DNA of 64,000 bases, from the NCBI GenBank assembly GCA_002269645.1, contig NIVC01000345.1, positions 62,001 to 126,000 on the forward strand, written 5' to 3'. The notes beneath the pieces are model-generated. The model saw nothing but the letters and a program-made list of their open reading frames with translations, was not told the origin of the DNA and searched no databases. Positions 54,701 to 64,000 of this stretch are shown piece by piece; positions within the stretch are counted from its first letter, which is position 1, and each line of letters begins with the position of its first letter. Source of the stretch: Macrostomum lignano (lineage: Eukaryota). Position numbers and translations under genes: made by a program.

Positions 54701-56898
54701 GTATTCTGTCTATTGCTAAGCCTACTGACGAGATTGGCAAAGAGTACATTGAGTTCTGCAGCTCAAATCTGGAACAGATCAGGCATCATATCTATGATGA
54801 GCTGCTAGTGCTGAGTCTGTTTGATGTGAGCAGAATCCCAATTCTAAAAATATCTTATTTCCAAATCCCAATTCTAAAGAATCCCCATTTCTTAATTCCA
54901 ATTCTAAAAATCCCAATTTCCCAATTCCGATTCTAAGTTTCATAATTTCCTAATCCCGAGTTCCAAATCCCAATTATAAAAATCTCCCATTTTTCAAATC
55001 TCAATTCTAGAAGTCTACATTTTCAAATCTAATTTCTAAAAATATCCCATTCCCAAATCTTAATTCTAAAAATATCCCATCACAAATCATAATTCTAAAA
55101 ATATTCCATCACAAATCTTAATTATAAAAATATCCCATCACAAATCTTAATTCTAAAAATATTCCATCACAAATCTTAATTCTAAAAATATTCCATCACA
55201 AATCTTAATTATAAAAATATCCCATCCCAAATCTTAATTATAAAAATATCCCATCCCAAATCTTAATTCAAAAAACATGCCATTCCCAAATCCCAAACCT
55301 CAAAATATCCCATTTCCAAATCCCAATTCTCAAAATATCCCATTTCCTAATCCAACCCTAAAAAGTATCCCATTTCTCAATCTCAACTCTAAAAATATCC
55401 CATTCCCAAATCCTAACTCTAAAAATATCCCATTTCCAAATCCCAATTCTCAAAATATCCCATTTCCAAATCCCAATTCTAAAAATATTCCATTCTCAAA
55501 TCGCATTTCAAAGAATCGCCTTCCCCATTCGGGCTTTCCAGAGCTGGTACAGCCGCCAAATCCGCCTAATTCACGACTGGCTGGTGAAGGACCGGGCCCA
55601 GGCCTCTCTGCACGCCTACCAAGTCACCTGTCTTGGATTTATCGTCAAAAAAGTTCACGGCGACTTTGAATTGCAAGGCGTCACTCACGACGTGCTGGAC
55701 ACGAGACAGTATCAATCGCTGATTTCTAGAATTCAGGTTTGGAGTCTGTTTTCTATTGCTTCTTTTGTTTTCCATCTTTCTGCCATCTTTCCCTGAGATT
55801 CTCCATGAGACTCTCCCTGAGATTCTCCATGACACTCTCCCTGAGATTCTTCATGAGATTCTCCCTGAGATTTTCTATGAGACTCTCCCTGAGATTCCCC
55901 ATGAAACTCTCCCTGAGATTTTCCATGAGACTCTCCCTGAGATTTTCTATGAGACTCTCCCTGAGATTCTCCATGAGACTCTCCCTGAGATTCTCCATGA
56001 GACTCTCCCTGAGATTCTTCATGAGATTCTCCCTGAGATTCTCTATGAGACTCTCCCTGAGATTCTCTATGAGACTCTCCCTGAGATTCTCTATGAGACT
56101 CTCCCTGAGATTCTTCATGAGATTCTCCATGAGACTCTCCCTGAGATTCTCCATGAGACTCTCCCTGAGATTCTTCATGAGATTCTCCCTGAGATTCTCC
56201 CTTGAGATTCTCCATGAGACTCTCCCTGATATTCTCCATGAGACTCTCCCTGATATTCTCCATGAGACTCTCCCTGAGATTCTCAATGAGACTCTCCCTG
56301 AGATTATCCATGAGACTCTCCCTGAGATTATCCATGAGACTCTCCCTGAGATTCTCCATGAGACCCTCCCTGAGATTCTCCATGAGACTCTCCCTGAGAT
56401 TATCCATGAGACTCTCCCTGAGATTCTCCATGAGACTCTCCCTGAGATTCTCCATGAGACTCTCCCTGAGATTCTCCCTGAGATTCCAGCTGAGATTCTC
56501 CCTTGATATTCTCCATGAGACTTTCCCTAAAATTACATCGAGTGCTTCCAGGGATTGTCCAAGAGACTCTCCCTGAGATTCTCCTTAAAATTTCGGATAA
56601 TTCATCAATTCTTACTGAGGCTTTTGCATCTACTATTAATCAAAACAGCTTTATTATTACAGATTACAATGTAATTCTAAGAAACCGCCTCACTACCCTC
56701 CCGCACTGCCAGACCGAGGAGGCGACCCAATCGATAAAGATTGGCGAAGCCACCAGTTCGCCCAAGCCGGGCCCGAAGTCTCTTCTCGGCAGCATGGCCG
56801 GCTCATTTTCTTCACTTAGCAACGGCAAGCTGGCCACGTCGGGCCTGTCCTCCATCACCAGCAGTTTCTCAAATTTTCTGCCAAAATCATCCAATTGA
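26234..56898 (+). CDS. CADPS: Calcium-dependent secretion activator CAPS/UNC-31 (C2, PH and Munc13-homology domains), 15 exons, about 1380 aa
   Basis: Near-continuous match to CAPS hallmark sequences ([94 protein letters not shown]). Exon lengths sum to 4141 nt, or 4143 (1381 codons) after restoring two single-base deletions. All junctions are GT-AG and phase-consistent. Confidence 0.97.
26906..27645. repeat. 23-bp minisatellite ACCAGACAGTCCGTAGCGTCACA (CAPS intron 1)
   Basis: About 31 units. Confidence 0.98.
27646..27900. repeat. 45-bp minisatellite TCACAAGCAACAGCTCACTAGATCACAACCTGACACTTCGTGACG (CAPS intron 1)
   Basis: About 5.5 units; looks like a diverged dimer of the adjacent 23-mer. 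Confidence 0.96.
27955..28394 (+). CDS. CADPS: CAPS exon 2 (apparent 1-nt deletion at 28108-28111)
   Basis: ttgcag acceptor. VTQSQL...DRVANMVR, then a frame switch to [32 protein letters not shown]...YNACQ. CAG|GTGAGT donor. Confidence 0.93.
28460..29830. repeat. 24-bp minisatellite GAGAATCGCCCT(T/C)AGATCAGTGAT, block 1 (CAPS intron 2)
   Basis: About 56 units. Confidence 0.99.
30309..31725. repeat. 22-bp / 19-bp minisatellite GAGGCTGAGAAATGGAAGCTCA (CAPS intron 2)
   Basis: About 65 units; the 19-bp variant accumulates in the 3' half. Confidence 0.99.
32106..33643. repeat. 24-bp minisatellite GAGAATCGCCCTCAGATCAGTGAT, block 2 (CAPS intron 2)
   Basis: About 63 units, same family as 28460-29830. 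Confidence 0.99.
35210..36286. repeat. 12-bp repeat TGTCTGTCTTAG (CAPS intron 2)
   Basis: About 90 imperfect units. Confidence 0.97.
36680..36760 (+). CDS. CADPS: CAPS exon 3
   Basis: tttcacag acceptor, [30 protein letters not shown]|GTGAGA donor. Confidence 0.95.
36821..37243. repeat. Minisatellite with a unit of about 56 bp (CAPS intron 3)
   Basis: ggcggcaacttcaaaggatttt...tgggttatcagggccattacagagcc, about 7.5 times. Confidence 0.96.
37295..37540 (+). CDS. CADPS: CAPS exon 4
   Basis: tttgcag acceptor, [13 protein letters not shown]...LNFSIE, GAG|GTTTGC donor. Confidence 0.95.
37566..38180. repeat. 21-bp minisatellite GCGCCAACTTCACTGATT(GAG/GGG) (CAPS intron 4)
   Basis: About 29 units. 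Confidence 0.97.
38715..40085. repeat. 14/15-bp C-rich repeat CATCTCCCCATCCCT (CAPS intron 4)
   Basis: About 95 imperfect units with extreme strand asymmetry. Confidence 0.98.
40613..42123. repeat. 20-bp minisatellite GGCGCCAAATTTAAGATCAA (CAPS intron 4)
   Basis: About 75 units that stay in register with the 10-nt columns of the listing. Confidence 0.99.
42235..42468 (+). CDS. CADPS: CAPS exon 5 (C2 domain)
   Basis: ctcaag acceptor, VVVSEVKNL...EDRELGK, AAG|GTGAAG donor. Confidence 0.93.
42715..43437. repeat. 21-bp minisatellite AA(C/A)GGGATTAAAGGTGTTCTC (CAPS intron 5)
   Basis: About 34 units. Confidence 0.98.
43646..43849 (+). CDS. CADPS: CAPS exon 6 (end of C2, start of PH)
   Basis: cgcag acceptor, VLIRPT...[15 protein letters not shown]|GTAATG donor. 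Confidence 0.95.
44115..44680. repeat. 19-bp minisatellite TAAACTGTACACTATAATG (CAPS intron 6)
   Basis: About 30 units. Confidence 0.98.
45535..46150. repeat. 25-bp minisatellite GGCGCCAAAACTTACTAGTCAGATT with degenerate 5' part (CAPS intron 6)
   Basis: About 10 perfect units at 45886-46147, preceded by diverged units. Confidence 0.96.
46267..46915 (+). CDS. CADPS: CAPS exon 7 (PH domain; apparent 1-nt deletion at about 46331)
   Basis: ctgcag acceptor. [21 protein letters not shown], then a frame switch to HLGDYTVDY...[10 protein letters not shown]|GTTAGT donor. Confidence 0.93.
46990..47400. repeat. 20-bp minisatellite GGCGCCAAACTCACCTCTGT (CAPS intron 7)
   Basis: About 20 diverged units. 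Confidence 0.93.
47466..47631 (+). CDS. CADPS: CAPS exon 8
   Basis: ttttag acceptor, (R)PDGIGTV...[22 protein letters not shown]|GTGATT donor. Confidence 0.95.
47736..47859 (+). CDS. CADPS: CAPS exon 9
   Basis: aaacag acceptor, [10 protein letters not shown]...FSNIE, G|GTCTGT donor in phase 1, matching exon 10. Confidence 0.9.
47860..48750. repeat. (GTCT)n microsatellite with (GT)n interruptions (CAPS intron 9)
   Basis: Begins at the first intron base. Confidence 0.99.
49042..49148 (+). CDS. CADPS: CAPS exon 10
   Basis: gtcgcag acceptor, [29 protein letters not shown]|GTAATG donor. Confidence 0.93.
50506..52105. repeat. 20/21-bp minisatellite ATGTCAATCAAGTTGATAAA(A) (CAPS intron 10)
   Basis: About 77 units. 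Confidence 0.99.
52413..52569 (+). CDS. CADPS: CAPS exon 11
   Basis: gtttcag acceptor, [14 protein letters not shown]...[10 protein letters not shown]|GTGAGC donor. Confidence 0.95.
52597..53100. repeat. (CTCTA)n pentanucleotide repeat (CAPS intron 11)
   Basis: About 100 imperfect units. Confidence 0.98.
53138..53586 (+). CDS. CADPS: CAPS exon 12 (MHD region)
   Basis: ccaacag acceptor, [29 protein letters not shown]...GAGENM, ATG|GTGAGT donor. Confidence 0.95.
53685..54531. repeat. 21-bp minisatellite GAGTGACACTATAAACATGTG (CAPS intron 12)
   Basis: About 40 units. Confidence 0.98.
54556..54825 (+). CDS. CADPS: CAPS exon 13 (tandem acceptor, start at 54556 or 54559)
   Basis: cctagcag acceptor, [10 protein letters not shown]...LARYDE...LSLFD, GAT|GTGAGC donor. 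Confidence 0.93.
54835..55500. repeat. 29/30-bp minisatellite CCAAATCCCAATTCTAAAAATATCCCATT (CAPS intron 13)
   Basis: About 22 diverged units. Confidence 0.94.
55542..55736 (+). CDS. CADPS: CAPS exon 14
   Basis: tttccag acceptor, [14 protein letters not shown]...DFELQGV...SRIQ, CAG|GTTTGG donor. Confidence 0.95.
55789..56585. repeat. 24-bp minisatellite GAGACTCTCCCTGAGATTCTCCAT (CAPS intron 14)
   Basis: About 33 units with 12-bp half-unit variants. Confidence 0.98.
56713..56898 (+). CDS. CADPS: CAPS exon 15 (terminal)
   Basis: ctgccag acceptor, TEEATQSI (cf. VEEATASV), TGA at 56896-56898. Confidence 0.9.
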   Translation, partial: TEEATQSIKIGEATSSPKPGPKSLLGSMAGSFSSLSNGKLATSGLSSITSSFSNFLPKSSN

Positions 56899-57019
56899 TT
56901 TGAAATGTGCGATCGATAAGTTTTTTTTCTGGCGTTGCTGACTTTATGATTTGATTTGCTTTTAGCATGGTGCGTGGATTAAACTTTTTTGAAGTATTGA
57001 ATTGTGCAGAGTCTAGCCT

Positions 57020-57918
57020 GACTACCCAATCGTCTACGCTGACTAGCTACCCAATAGACTACTTTGACTACCCAATATTGTACTATGACTACCCAATAGT
57101 CTACCCTGACTTACCCAATAGTCTACTTGACTACCTAATAGTCTACCCTGACTACCAAATAGTCTACCCTGACTACCAAATAGTCTACCCTGACTACCAA
57201 ATAATCTACCCTGACTACCCAATAGTCTACCCTGACTTACCCAATAGTCTACTTGACTACCTAAAAGTCTACCCTGACTATCCAATAGTCTACTTTGACT
57301 ACCCAATAGTCTACCCTGACTTACCCAATAGTCTACTTGACTACCTAATAGTCTACCCTGACTACCAAATAGTCTACCCTGACTACCAAATAATCTACCC
57401 TGACTACCCAATAGTCTACTTGACTACCTAAAAGTCTACCCTGACTACCCAATAGTCTACTCTGACTACCAAATAGTCTACCCTGACTACCAAATAGTCT
57501 ACCCTGACTACCAAATAGTCTACTTTGACTACCCAATAGTCTACTTGACTACCAAATAGTCTACCCTGACTATCCAATAGTCTACTTTGACTACCCAATA
57601 GTCTACCCTGACTACCCAATAGTCTACCCTGACTACCAAATAGTCTACCCTGACTACCAAATAGTCTACTTTGACTACCCAATAGTCTACTTGACTACCT
57701 AATAGTCTACCCTGACTACCCAATAGTCTACTTGACTACCTAATAGTCTACCCTGACTACCCAATAGTCTACTTGACTACCTAATAGTCTACCCTGACTA
57801 CCCAATAGTCTACTTGACTACCTAAAAGTCTACCCTGACTATCCAATAGTCTACTTTGACTACCCAATAGTCTACCCTGACTACCCAATAGTTTACCCTG
57901 ACTACCCAATAGTCTACT
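57020..57918. repeat. 21-bp minisatellite GACTACCCAATAGTCTACCCT downstream of the CAPS stop
   Basis: About 43 units (20-22 bp). Confidence 0.98.
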
Positions 57919-58999
57919 GGGAAGTTGTCTAATGCCTTCTAAAATTAAGATGCTCTCAACAAATGCTACTCCAGCTCTACAATTTATCACTTCACTATCC
58001 AATCCAATCTTTGACTTTATTTGATTAAACTATTTTTTTGCGCCTACAATTTTTTTTGTTTGTTTTTTCGCTTTCTTCAATCTTAACAAAGCAATGCGGC
58101 CTATTGACATGTTTTTACCCTCTATATAACATAGCATAGCTGATTTGGTAAGCTGGGGAAAGTATTTTCTCATGTTACCATGCAATACACTTCAAAATGT
58201 AGTTATCGCTCAGTTACATTGTGTTGTGACTCAAACTTCGGAATTTTTTCTATTGTAGCTCGTAGTTCGAGTTTTTTGTGCAATTTTGTGTCTGACACGG
58301 GTGAATTTTGATTTATGATTATTTTTGCTGGATCTTTGTTCATTTTTTGAGCAACTGTTGCGTTTTCTAAGAAATGAAAGATTCGCTTTTGAGCAGCTCT
58401 GAATGTGGTGTAACAAAAGTATGTTGCTTGCATTCCCACCATGCTACTGACAGTTTGCCATTTCACAAGTAGCATGATAAGGATATTGATACATTCAACT
58501 TTATTCAGTTTCAATTTCGCTTTTACAGTTTCAACAGAATTCCAATCGAGTTCTGCTACTATCAAGTAGCTGTTTGCAAATATCTACGTTGCAATAAAAT
58601 ATTCTAATTTGCCAGTGGGTTTTTTAATTCCTTGAGAATTGAAAGATTTATTTTTTGTTGTGGCTATCAATGTGAGTATTGTATTATTGCTGTTGTCATT
58701 TTGTTTAACCGTATTAAAAAGTGGCTGATTTGAATTTGGTTAAGTTATATTTTTGTCTGTGTTTTTTTACTGTTTTTTGGCAATAATATTACATGGTACA
58801 GTGATACATATAGAGCTGATAGTAGTAACATGAGTCCGTTTTTTGCATAAATTATATTGCTGCTGGCACTGCTCGAATATTTTATAGTATCGTGTCTTTT
58901 TGCTTTTTCTTGAATCTTTGGAGCTAAATTCAACTTAGAGAATGTTTTTAAGGTACGAGGTATAGGGTCAAGCTGTTAGATATGACGCCAAGTTGTTAT

Positions 59000-61130
59000 G
59001 GGTGTTGAAACTAAACAGGGTGTTAGACACGACGCTAAACAGCGTGTTAAACACGACACTAAAAAGGTGTTAGACACGGTGTTAATATGCGTTAGGCACG
59101 ACGCTAAACAGGGTGTTAGACACGACGCTAAACAGGGTGTTAGACACGACACTAAACAGGGTGTTAGACACGGTGTTATTATGTGTTAGACACGACGCTA
59201 AACAGGGTGTTAGACACGGCATTAAACAGGGTGTTAGACACGACGCTAAACAGGGTGTTAGACACGACGCTAAACAGGATGTTAGACACGGAGCTAAACA
59301 GGGTCTTAGACACGACACTAAACAGGATGTTAGACACGGAGCTAAACAGGGTGTTAGACACGACGCTAAACAGGGTGTTAGACACGACGCTAAACAGGGT
59401 GTTAGACACGGTTTTGAATATGTGTTAGACACTACGCTAAACAGGGTGTTAGACAGGGCACTAAACAGGGTGTTAGACGGGGTGTTAAATATGTATTAGA
59501 CACGACGCTAAACAGGGTGTTAGATACGGTGCTAAACAGGGTGTTAGGCACTGCACTAAACAAGGTGTTAGACACGGTGTTAATATGAGTTAGACACGAC
59601 GCTAAACAGGGTGTTAGACACGTCACTAAACAGTGTGTTAGACAAGGCACTAAACAGGGTGTTAGGCACGGCACTAAACAGGGTGTTAGAAACGGCACTA
59701 AGCAGGGTGTTAGACACGACGCTAAACAGGGTGTTAGACACGACGCTAAACAGGGTGTTAGACACGGCACTGAAAGTTGTTAGACACGACGCTAAACAGG
59801 GTGTTAGATACGGTGCTAAACAGGGTGTTAGGCACTGCACTAAACAAGGTGTTAGACACGGTGTTAATATGAGTTAGACACGACGCTAAACAGGGTGTTA
59901 GACACGTCACTAAACAGTGTGTTAGACAAGGCACTAAACAGGGTGTTAGGCACGGCACTAAACAGGGTGTTAGAAACGGCACTAAGCAGGGTGTTAGACA
60001 CGACGCTAAACAGGGTGTTAGACACGACGCTAAACAGGGTGTTAGACACGGCACTGAAAGGTGTTAGACACGACGCTAAACAGGGTGTTAGACACGGCAC
60101 TGAAAGGTGTTAGACACGACGTTAAACAGGGTGTTAGGCACGGCACTAAACAGGGTGTTAGACGGGGTGTTAAATATGTATTAGACACGACGCTAAACAG
60201 GGTGTTAGACACGACGCTAAACAGGGTGTTAGACACGACGCTAAGCAGGGTGTTAGACACGGTGTTAAATATGTGTTAGACACGACGCTAAACAGGGTGT
60301 TAGACACGACGCTAAGCAGGGTGTTAGACACGGCACTAAACAGGGTGTTAGACACGACGCTAAACAGGGTGTTAGACACGGTGTTAATATAAGTTAGACA
60401 CGACGCTAAACAGGGTGTTAGGCACGGCACTAAACAGGGTGTTAGACGGGGTGTTAAATATGTATTAGACACGACGCTAAACAGGGTGTTAGACACGACG
60501 CTAAACAGGGTGTTAGACACGACGCTAAGCAGGGTGTTAGACACGGTGTTAAATATGTGTTAGACACGGCACTAAACAGGGTGTTAGACACGACGCTAAG
60601 TAAGGTGTTAGACACGACGCTAAACAGGGTGTTAGAAACGGCACTAAACAGTGTGTTAGACACGGCACTAAACAGTGTGTTAGACACGGCACTAAACAGG
60701 GTGTTAGGCACGGCACTAAACAGGGTGTTAGAAACGGACTAAACAGGGTGTTAGACACGACGCTAAACAGGATGTTAGACACGACGCTAAACAGGGTGTT
60801 AGACACAGGGTGCTAAACAGTGTGTTAGACACGGCACTAAACAGTGTGTTAGACACGGCACTAAACAGGGTGTTAGGCACGGCACTAAACAGGGTGTTAG
60901 AAACGGCACTAAGCAGGGTGTTAGACACGACGCTAAACAGGGTGTTAGACACGACGCTAAGCAGGGTGTTAGACACGGCACTAAACAGGGTGTTAGAGAC
61001 GGTGTTAAATATGTGTTGGACACGGCACTAAACAGGGTGTTAGACACGACGCTAAAAAGGTGTTAGACACGACGCTAAACAGGGTGTTAGACACAGGGTG
61101 CTAAACAGGCTCTTAGACACGACAGTTAAC
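59000..61130. repeat. 24-bp minisatellite CTAAACAGGGTGTTAGACACGACG
   Basis: About 88 units, with locally duplicated higher-order blocks (e.g. 59500-59770 repeated at about 59790-60060). Confidence 0.99.
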
Positions 61131-61605
61131 GCGGCGCAAAACAGATGTTAGACACAGCATATTAGCTTTATTTAGCGCCATCAGGCTTTACACACAGTTA
61201 TATTTTCTGTTCTTATATGAAATTAATACTAGTACATACTGCTCTTCAAAGGCATTCATACTATAATTTCTGAATGAGTCAGTTCGTTCCCTGTTAAAAT
61301 ATTTCTCGTAGAAGCGACACAATCAGACGCCACTGCAGTTTGGTGCTACTTTGAACACCAACCAGCATTTTATGTAGCGGAATCTTGCATGCACTGCGCT
61401 AGGCTCAAGCTGAAGAGACTCTCTCATTTTTCCATGCGATTCGTCTTTTAACTGGGAATGAGAGAAATAGTTCTAGCGATGATTCTATAAAGAAAAATAT
61501 TGTAACAGTATCTGTCCTCTGCACCGAAGTTCGGGAGGAAAGCGCTTGTGTTTTATTTCAGAAGACTACTATGAGATAAAGAAGGAAAGAAGGACAGGCA
61601 CTCGG

Positions 61606-62350
61606 GACTGACACTAAGACTGACACTTAGTGCTGACACTAAGACTGACACTTAGGGCTTACACTAAGACTGACACTTAGTGCTGACACTAAGACTGACA
61701 CTGAAACAAGTATTGGTTTTGTCAGCCTAACTGAGAATAAAGCCATCCAAAGTGAGAATCCTGCCTACGCTGACTGCGAAGGGCCTGGCTGCGTGCAGCC
61801 TTAGTCTATGGGCCATAGACTATAAAGGACAAGCAAAGTGATAAAAAGCCATCCAATGTGAGAATCCTGCCTACGCTGAATACGAAGGGCCTAGCTGCGT
61901 CCAGCCTAGTCTATGAGCCATAGACTATAAAGGACAAGCAAAGTTTTAAAAGACCAATCGATTCTCACATTGGATGGCTTTTTATCACTTTGCTTGTCCT
62001 TTATTGTCTATGGCCCATAGACTAAGGCTGCACGCAGCCAGGCCCTTCGCCGTAAGCGTAGGCAGGATTCTCACTTTGGATGGCTTTGTTCTCAGTTGGG
62101 CTGACAAAACCAATACTAAAACAGAGTACAGACACTACATACAGACACTGCAGACAGTCACTAAAGAAAGACACTAAGACTGTCAGTAAGACACACCGAG
62201 ACAGACACTAGGACAGACGCTACAGACAGACACTGAAACAAACCCTACAGACGGATACAAAGACAGACACTGAGACAGACCGACACAGACAGACACTGAG
62301 ACAGACCCTACAGACAGACCCTACAGCAGACCCTACAGACAGACACTACA
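61606..62350. repeat. CTAAGACTGACA / CAGACA-type repeat flanking a foldback element
   Basis: Reverse complement of the 12-mer family at 35210; present at 61606-61705 and about 62130-62350. Confidence 0.8.
61709..62117. mobile_element. Foldback/MITE element with 158-bp inverted arms and an internal subunit duplication of about 105 bp
   Basis: 61709-61866 is the near-perfect reverse complement of 61960-62117. About 61845-61944 repeats about 61739-61839 directly. Confidence 0.85.
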
Positions 62351-62810
62351 GACAGAAACATTTGTTGAAAATATTGCATGCTACCCGGCCTGCTTGTTAG
62401 CAGCATGCAGGCGCTGAGGCTGAAGTGTGTTAACCGAAGCGCAACTAAGAAGGATCAGAGAGAGAGAGAGAGAGAGAGAGAAAGGCAGGGCCGCAGCAAC
62501 CAACCGATGAACCAACATGCAGAGCCAAGCCTGCAGCACTTCATCTTCGGACAGATTTTACCCCAGCTCTGACCCCAAGCGTACATGCAGACCATGCAGT
62601 CAACCAAAGCCAACCACCTCAAGCTGACGGGGGTTTACCAGCTTAGTTGCGATGGCATGTTGATAAATTGATGCTGCAGCATATTTCGGTAACCAGTCAG
62701 TCAGGAAGGTGCTTTAAATTCCTTAGCATTTTGCCGCACCCTCAGTCGGATTCAAGTTGAATTTGTGAAAGGAAATCAATTCAAATAATTATTCTTGTTT
62801 TGAAACTGAG

Positions 62811-62899
62811 ATGGCCCAGCATCAACAGCATCAGCATCAGCAGCCGGCCCCGCCTCCGCCTCCACCAATTAGGACTACGGCGGAGCTGCAGCATCATAA
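62811..62899 (+). CDS. Probable first coding exon of a downstream gene (MAQHQQHQHQQPAPPPPPIRTTAELQHH)
   Basis: ATG at 62811, GC-rich Gln/Pro codons like other exons in the window, AA|GTGAGT donor at 62900. Product not recognisable. Confidence 0.5.
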
Positions 62900-63016
62900 G
62901 TGAGTTTTTGGGTAGACATACGATGGATCTGCTTTTATGGTGCGAAGTTTTTAGCTGTCTCGTTTTAATATCTATAATTTTACTTGTACATCAAGGTTTT
63001 TATCTTCATGGCAATC

Positions 63017-63600
63017 TCTGCCTACTCTCCTCTCTCCTCTGCCTACTCTCCTCTCTCCTCTGCTTACTCTCTTCTGTCCCCTCCCTACTCTCCGCTGTCC
63101 CCTCCCTACTCTCCTCTGTCCTCTGCCTACTCTCCTCTCTCCTCTGCTTACTCTCCTCTGTCCCCTCCCTACTCTCCTCTGTCCTCTGCCTACTCTCCTC
63201 TGTCCTCTGCCTACTCTCCTCTCTCCTCTGCCTACTCTCCTCTGTCCCCTCCCTACTCTCCGCTGTCCCCTCCCTACTCTCCTCTGTCCTCTGCCTACTC
63301 TCCTCTCTCCTCTGCTTACTCTCCTCTGTCCCCTCCCTACTCTCCTCTGTCCTCTGCCTACTCTCATCTGTCCTCTGCCTACTCTCCTCTCTCCTCTGCC
63401 TACTCTCCTCTGTCCCCTCCCCACTCCCCGCTGTCCCCTCCCTACTCTCCTCTGTCCCCTCCCTACTCTCCACTGTCCCCTCCCTACTCTCCTCTGTCCC
63501 CTCCCTACTCTCCGCTGTCCTCTGCCTACTCTCCTCTGTCCTCTGCCTACTCTCATCTGTCCTCTCCCTACTCTCCTCCGTCCTCTCCCTACTCTTCTCT
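63017..63600. repeat. 21-bp minisatellite CTACTCTCCTCTGTCC(T/C)CT(G/C)C
   Basis: About 28 units followed by CT-rich low-complexity sequence to about 63780. Confidence 0.97.
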
Positions 63601-64000
63601 CTCGTGTCCTAACTCTCCTCTCCTCTGCCCTATCTCCTCTCTCCTCTCTCCTCTGCCTACTCTCATCTCATCTCTCCTCCCTTCTCTCTTCCCTCTCCGC
63701 TCTCCCCTCTCCTTTCACCCCACACCTCTCTCCTCTCATCTCTCCTCCCTTCTCTCCCCTCTATCTTTTCGTCTCGTCTCTTATTCCCTATCACATTTTC
63801 ACCTGTTTACACCTGTTATTCAAAATGACCTGGAACATTGCCAAACAATATTTGACTAATATTTCAGTTATAAAAGCTCGTGTGCTATGATTTGGTACAT
63901 TAACTTTAACCATATTTTTATTGGCAAGGCCGCACAATCATTTAAACAAGCGATGCAGTATACCTACAGAGTAATAAAACCTTTAACCTTAATAATATCG

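Noticed and set aside
26234-56898. CAPS as a pseudogene
   Set aside because: Both lesions are 1-nt homopolymer losses, with no premature stops, intact splice sites and strong protein conservation; sequencing error is more parsimonious.
58203-58565. 120-aa minus-strand ORF downstream of CAPS (also 17940-18122)
   Set aside because: AT-rich, no recognisable domain and no supporting splice chain.
26906-63600. CRISPR-like appearance of the regular 20-45-bp repeats
   Set aside because: Units are head-to-tail with no unique spacers, there are no cas genes, and the context is a spliceosomal eukaryotic gene.
28391-63859. Long ORFs with repetitive translations ([47 protein letters not shown] and similar)
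   Set aside because: They are stop-free readings of tandem repeats, open on both strands and in several frames, and most lie inside introns defined by the CAPS exon chain.

Overview
Eukaryotic (invertebrate animal) genomic DNA with GT-AG introns, GC-rich exons, AT-rich introns and heavy tandem-repeat content. The style is reminiscent of a Macrostomum-type flatworm, which is inference only. All genes are on the + strand: (1) the last exons of an unidentified gene ending at 2829; (2) a roughly 15-exon KIAA2012-like gene (about 3351-19064) with an Ala/Glu/Arg-rich coiled-coil C-terminus; (3) a complete 15-exon CAPS/CADPS (unc-31) dense-core-vesicle priming gene (26234-56898, about 1380 aa once two single-base homopolymer deletions are corrected); (4) a probable first coding exon of a further gene at 62811. 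Between genes 2 and 3 lie a very young non-autonomous LTR retroelement (307-bp LTRs, tRNA-Lys PBS, PPT, 5-bp TSD), a hAT-type MITE with a perfect 8-bp TSD, and a CORE-like SINE. The most striking structure is that 13 of the 14 CAPS introns carry their own minisatellite or microsatellite, mostly 19-26-bp units. These often fill the intron up to the splice signals, one supplies the 5' splice site itself, and four share a GGCGCCAA (E2F-site-like) core. Almost all long ORFs in the supplied track are translations of these repeats. All alignments were done by eye and from memory of the protein families; no searches were run.
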